A DNA stretch of 64,000 bases from Eledone cirrhosa (lineage: Eukaryota): assembly GCA_964016885.1 (NCBI GenBank), contig OZ024746.1, positions 63,612,001 through 63,676,000 on the forward strand, given 5' to 3'. Below the pieces are notes generated by a model. The model was given only the letters and a program-made list of their open reading frames with translations. It was not told the DNA's origin and did not search any database. Position 1 is the stretch's first letter. Each line of letters starts with the position of its first letter. Shown in pieces: positions 60,649-64,000 of this stretch. Both the position numbers and the translations under genes were made by a program.

Positions 60649-61959
60649 AAAGCTATATAAATAATATCCATATAAATGCACAACACGCATCTTTAACCTC
60701 TATTACCTTGTTTAGGAACAAAGGGCTTCTCTGAGTGAATGCTTGTGTACAAAGTGTGCCATTGCATGGTTGCAAGACACAGGTGATGAATGTGATGGAT
60801 ATGTGAAAGCTAGAAAGAAATGAGGTAAATATTGTGTCATGAGTACAAGTGTGTTGAGAGAAAAACTTAGAAGTATGAGACATAAAGTGCAGGAGAAAAG
60901 ACTTGTGTCGGTGTGGACATCTGATGCCTATGAAGAATGATATAGTTAGGTGAAAATGTGTGAAATGATACAAATAAAAGAAACCTGTGGAAGAGGAAGA
61001 CATGAGTAGATGTGATGAAGTCTAATTTCAGAATAGGGGATTAAAAAAAAAGAGATGGCAAGTAGAGAAATACTAGCAACCCATGCTAGTAAAGAAAAGT
61101 AGATGTAAAATGATGTTATATGTAATTTATATTAATCTTTAGTTGGATGGGGGTACACTGGTAAAGATCTGATTCCAGAACAATTGTATAAAATGTAGGA
61201 AAGGAAAATCCATATCTGGCTAAATAAATTAATTCTATTGACAATATTTTTTGGTGCTACAAACCCAGACAAAAACAAAATATGCTCTAACCCTCCCCAC
61301 TATTTATTAGCAGGAAGAGCGAAAAGGAAGTGTTTTTCATCTGTACCACACCTTGCAAGTTTATAGAAATGTTATGTTGTAGTCTTACTTCATAATAATG
61401 TCACTGTTGTAATTGTAGCTGCTTTACACATTTCCTGAGTAAATTTATAAATTTCTTCAATGAAAATCTCTCACCGTATAATATAATTAGAATATTTTAC
61501 TTTGTCCCCTCAAGAACTGTGAAATGATTTGCTGTATTTTAAATCCCAATCATTCAAGTTTCAAATCACTCCAATATCAATTAACCTGTCATCACTATGA
61601 GGTTGATAAAATAAGTACAACTCTTGTTAAAAAATGCCTTTGTTTGGTCACACACTCTGTCACTCACAAAGCAGTTGTGCCAGAGACCCACCCAGAATGG
61701 CATACACAAGGAGATGGACAGCTGAAAATATAGATTAAGTCGGATCTTGAATTGATATCTGGTCACTCATATATGATGTCTGCTGGTTGACAATCTCCGT
61801 GTTGGATGTCTAAGCTAGCTCAATCAACTCCAGGTGATTGCCAACAAAAATACTAGTGATGTACAGATCAACTACAAAACAAACTTTGTTGAAAAAGATT
61901 TCCTATTTTTTTTACAAATGTGCTCTAGCAGTAATTGTTCAATTTCTCCTATCAGAGAT

Positions 61960-62810
61960 ACTTGTCAATAAATGATTTGTTCTATTTGAAAATATTGGGC
62001 ATAAGCATTGTATTTCTTGGTGCATTTTGTCAATTTCTTTGTAAGACTTCTCTGCTGCAATAGTTTCACTAGGGTTTAAGAAATAGATGATGATTCCATT
62101 TACCTATCAAACAGCAACCACAACTTACTTTTGATGCTACTTTGGTTTGGGAAAATGTTTTGGTGTTTTACTTCAGTCCAACCAGTGTGGAACATCATGA
62201 GTTGTCCTATCGAATCTATTTTTTGTGTGACAGGTCACAATATGATAAAAACATGTATTAATTTTGGTGCACAAAACAAATGTAGAACAGACTTCCTAAT
62301 AATGATTTAAAAAAAACTATTTTTGTTCAGTTCATGTGGTACTTATTTAAGCTTTTTAGCCATTTTGGTGTGATGTAAATGTTGAACAACTGTTAAATGA
62401 TCATTGTTTAGTTCTTCTGAAACTTCTTACTTGTTTTGCATGGATCTATTTCACTAATGGCCTTAATTGTACAAGTTGTCTGCAATCTCCTTCCTTTTTG
62501 AGGTTCTTGCCTCCATTACAAAATTTTTGGAACTAATGTTGAACTGTACGTTCGTTGACAGCCTAAAATGGCTGCATTCCATTTTGTCCTTGTACAATAA
62601 AATCACTTGATTTTGCTTTTTTTCCATTTTTAATTTGATAGTCTAAAATAAATAAGAAAAATCAATGAAAGTAAAACCAACATAAACCAGTAGAGTGGAA
62701 CGTGCACTTTAAAATGGTCCATATATATGATATATGAACATAGTTAAAACGATATTCCAAAATAAGTTTCAAATAACAAAGATCTTAAATATTTTTGCAA
62801 GCTGATAACA
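61960..62810 (-). mobile_element. Degenerate mariner (Hsmar1/cecropia-like) transposase relic
   Basis: Broken minus frames: MEKKQ, NERTVQ..FQKFC, HLTVVQHL...KKL..VPHEL, IVTC, PKHFPKP, FLNPSETIAAEK. Confidence 0.85.
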
Positions 62811-64000
62811 ATGGCTAAGCCTAAATTACTGATGAATTACTGACAACTGGAAGTGTGTTAGAGAAGGGGACATATCTCATACAAGTTAAATGAAGTATTA
62901 TTTATTATAAAGCTTACATTCTGATGAATGAGGCAATAATTGTTTTAGAATAATGCTGTTTATATATAAAGTTATGATATAATACTGTAGTTTTTTAAAT
63001 TTTCCTTAATTTCCTTTGTGTGTGTTTAAACTTCATGAACTCATGGTTAATTTAATTTTTTTTAAATGATTTTTCCTCTAGTTTGATTGATCTACAGAAT
63101 TAATATGAATTTTTAGACACTTGAATGTCTGTTATAGCTAATCACTAATGCTTAATTATGGGTTTTCTTACTGGCAATTAAATTTCTAATGATAAATTGA
63201 TCTTTGGATTAGATAACTAACTAGCCTTTCAATCATTTTACTTTGGCAACACTTGTTTTAAATTCCTTATAATAATATTCATTATATCTGTATCTTCAAA
63301 CTCCATAATCACTTGGCAGTATACTACAAGAAAAAAGAATGATTTGACATTCACAAGTTCTTATGGGAATAATTGAAAACCAACTGTTACAATTATGTTG
63401 TGGAAGAGTCATTTTATCTATTCAAAAAATACAAAAACTGCTGTTTTCACTTTCCATTTATTTTGTGGTGTCAAAATTTTCATTGCATACTTGGCAATCT
63501 GGTTACTGACACAGTTTCACTGCATCATGTGTCACCTGCCAAAGTACAAGTCTGAAACTCTTATACAGTCATTTATTAGCTACATTGTATAACATTTTTA
63601 TTTGGTCTATATAGAAATTTATATTAAGTTACAAATATATTTGGACAGCTTTGAAATAGTAAATGCAGTAGACTGTTTGAAGCAAATATTGCTTATTTTC
63701 TTGTGTTAATAGGAAACTAAGTTTTTCTTCAGCATTCAAATTTTGTAAAGCATGCTTCGATAAATGTGCAATAACAACAAAGTATGGATGAATTGAGGAA
63801 GAACTGGGTATAAGAGGTATCAAATGTAGTGTGCAGGAAAGGAGACTGTTGGTATGGACATGTGATGCACATAGAGGGAGGGATGCGGTAATAGAAGAAA
63901 ACCTGGGTGGAAGTGGTGAGAGCTGATCTCAGATAGCTAAAGCTCACAGATGAGATGACAAAGGAACACAAGTGGAGAGGTGCTGTATTGAGAAGGACCC

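Noticed and set aside
63500-63549. Possible terminal exon on the minus strand (cag|..LVLWQVTHDAVKLCQ*) followed by AATAAA
   Set aside because: Too short to separate from chance; no recognisable homology or upstream exon in the window.

Overview
AT-rich, microsatellite- and transposon-dense animal genomic DNA. The repeat families suggest a coleoid cephalopod (probably an octopus); this is an inference. Two complete spliced genes can be rebuilt by hand and face each other tail-to-tail. UQCRFS1 (Rieske Fe-S subunit of complex III) is on the + strand, with 4 coding exons, 18074-27900, 269 aa. CTNNBL1 (beta-catenin-like 1, Prp19 complex) is on the - strand, with 16 coding exons, 56150-28927, 559 aa. 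CTNNBL1 intron 4 is a minor-spliceosome (U12) AT-AC intron. Both genes appear to start at compact bidirectional promoters. There are candidate first exons for an unidentified leftward gene (5050-5076, 12819-12869, possibly 17808-17810) and for a rightward gene (about 56226-56373). The remainder is transposon-derived: two RTE LINEs with a PHD finger inside the RT, a CORE-type SINE sharing the RTE 3' tail, a second young tRNA-SINE family, a GC-rich Tx1/L1 element inserted in a CR1 (ATT)n tail, piggyBac- and hAT-type MITEs, a fold-back element, R4 and mariner relics, and small Penelope-like inverted structures. No prokaryote-type systems (CRISPR, operons) are present.
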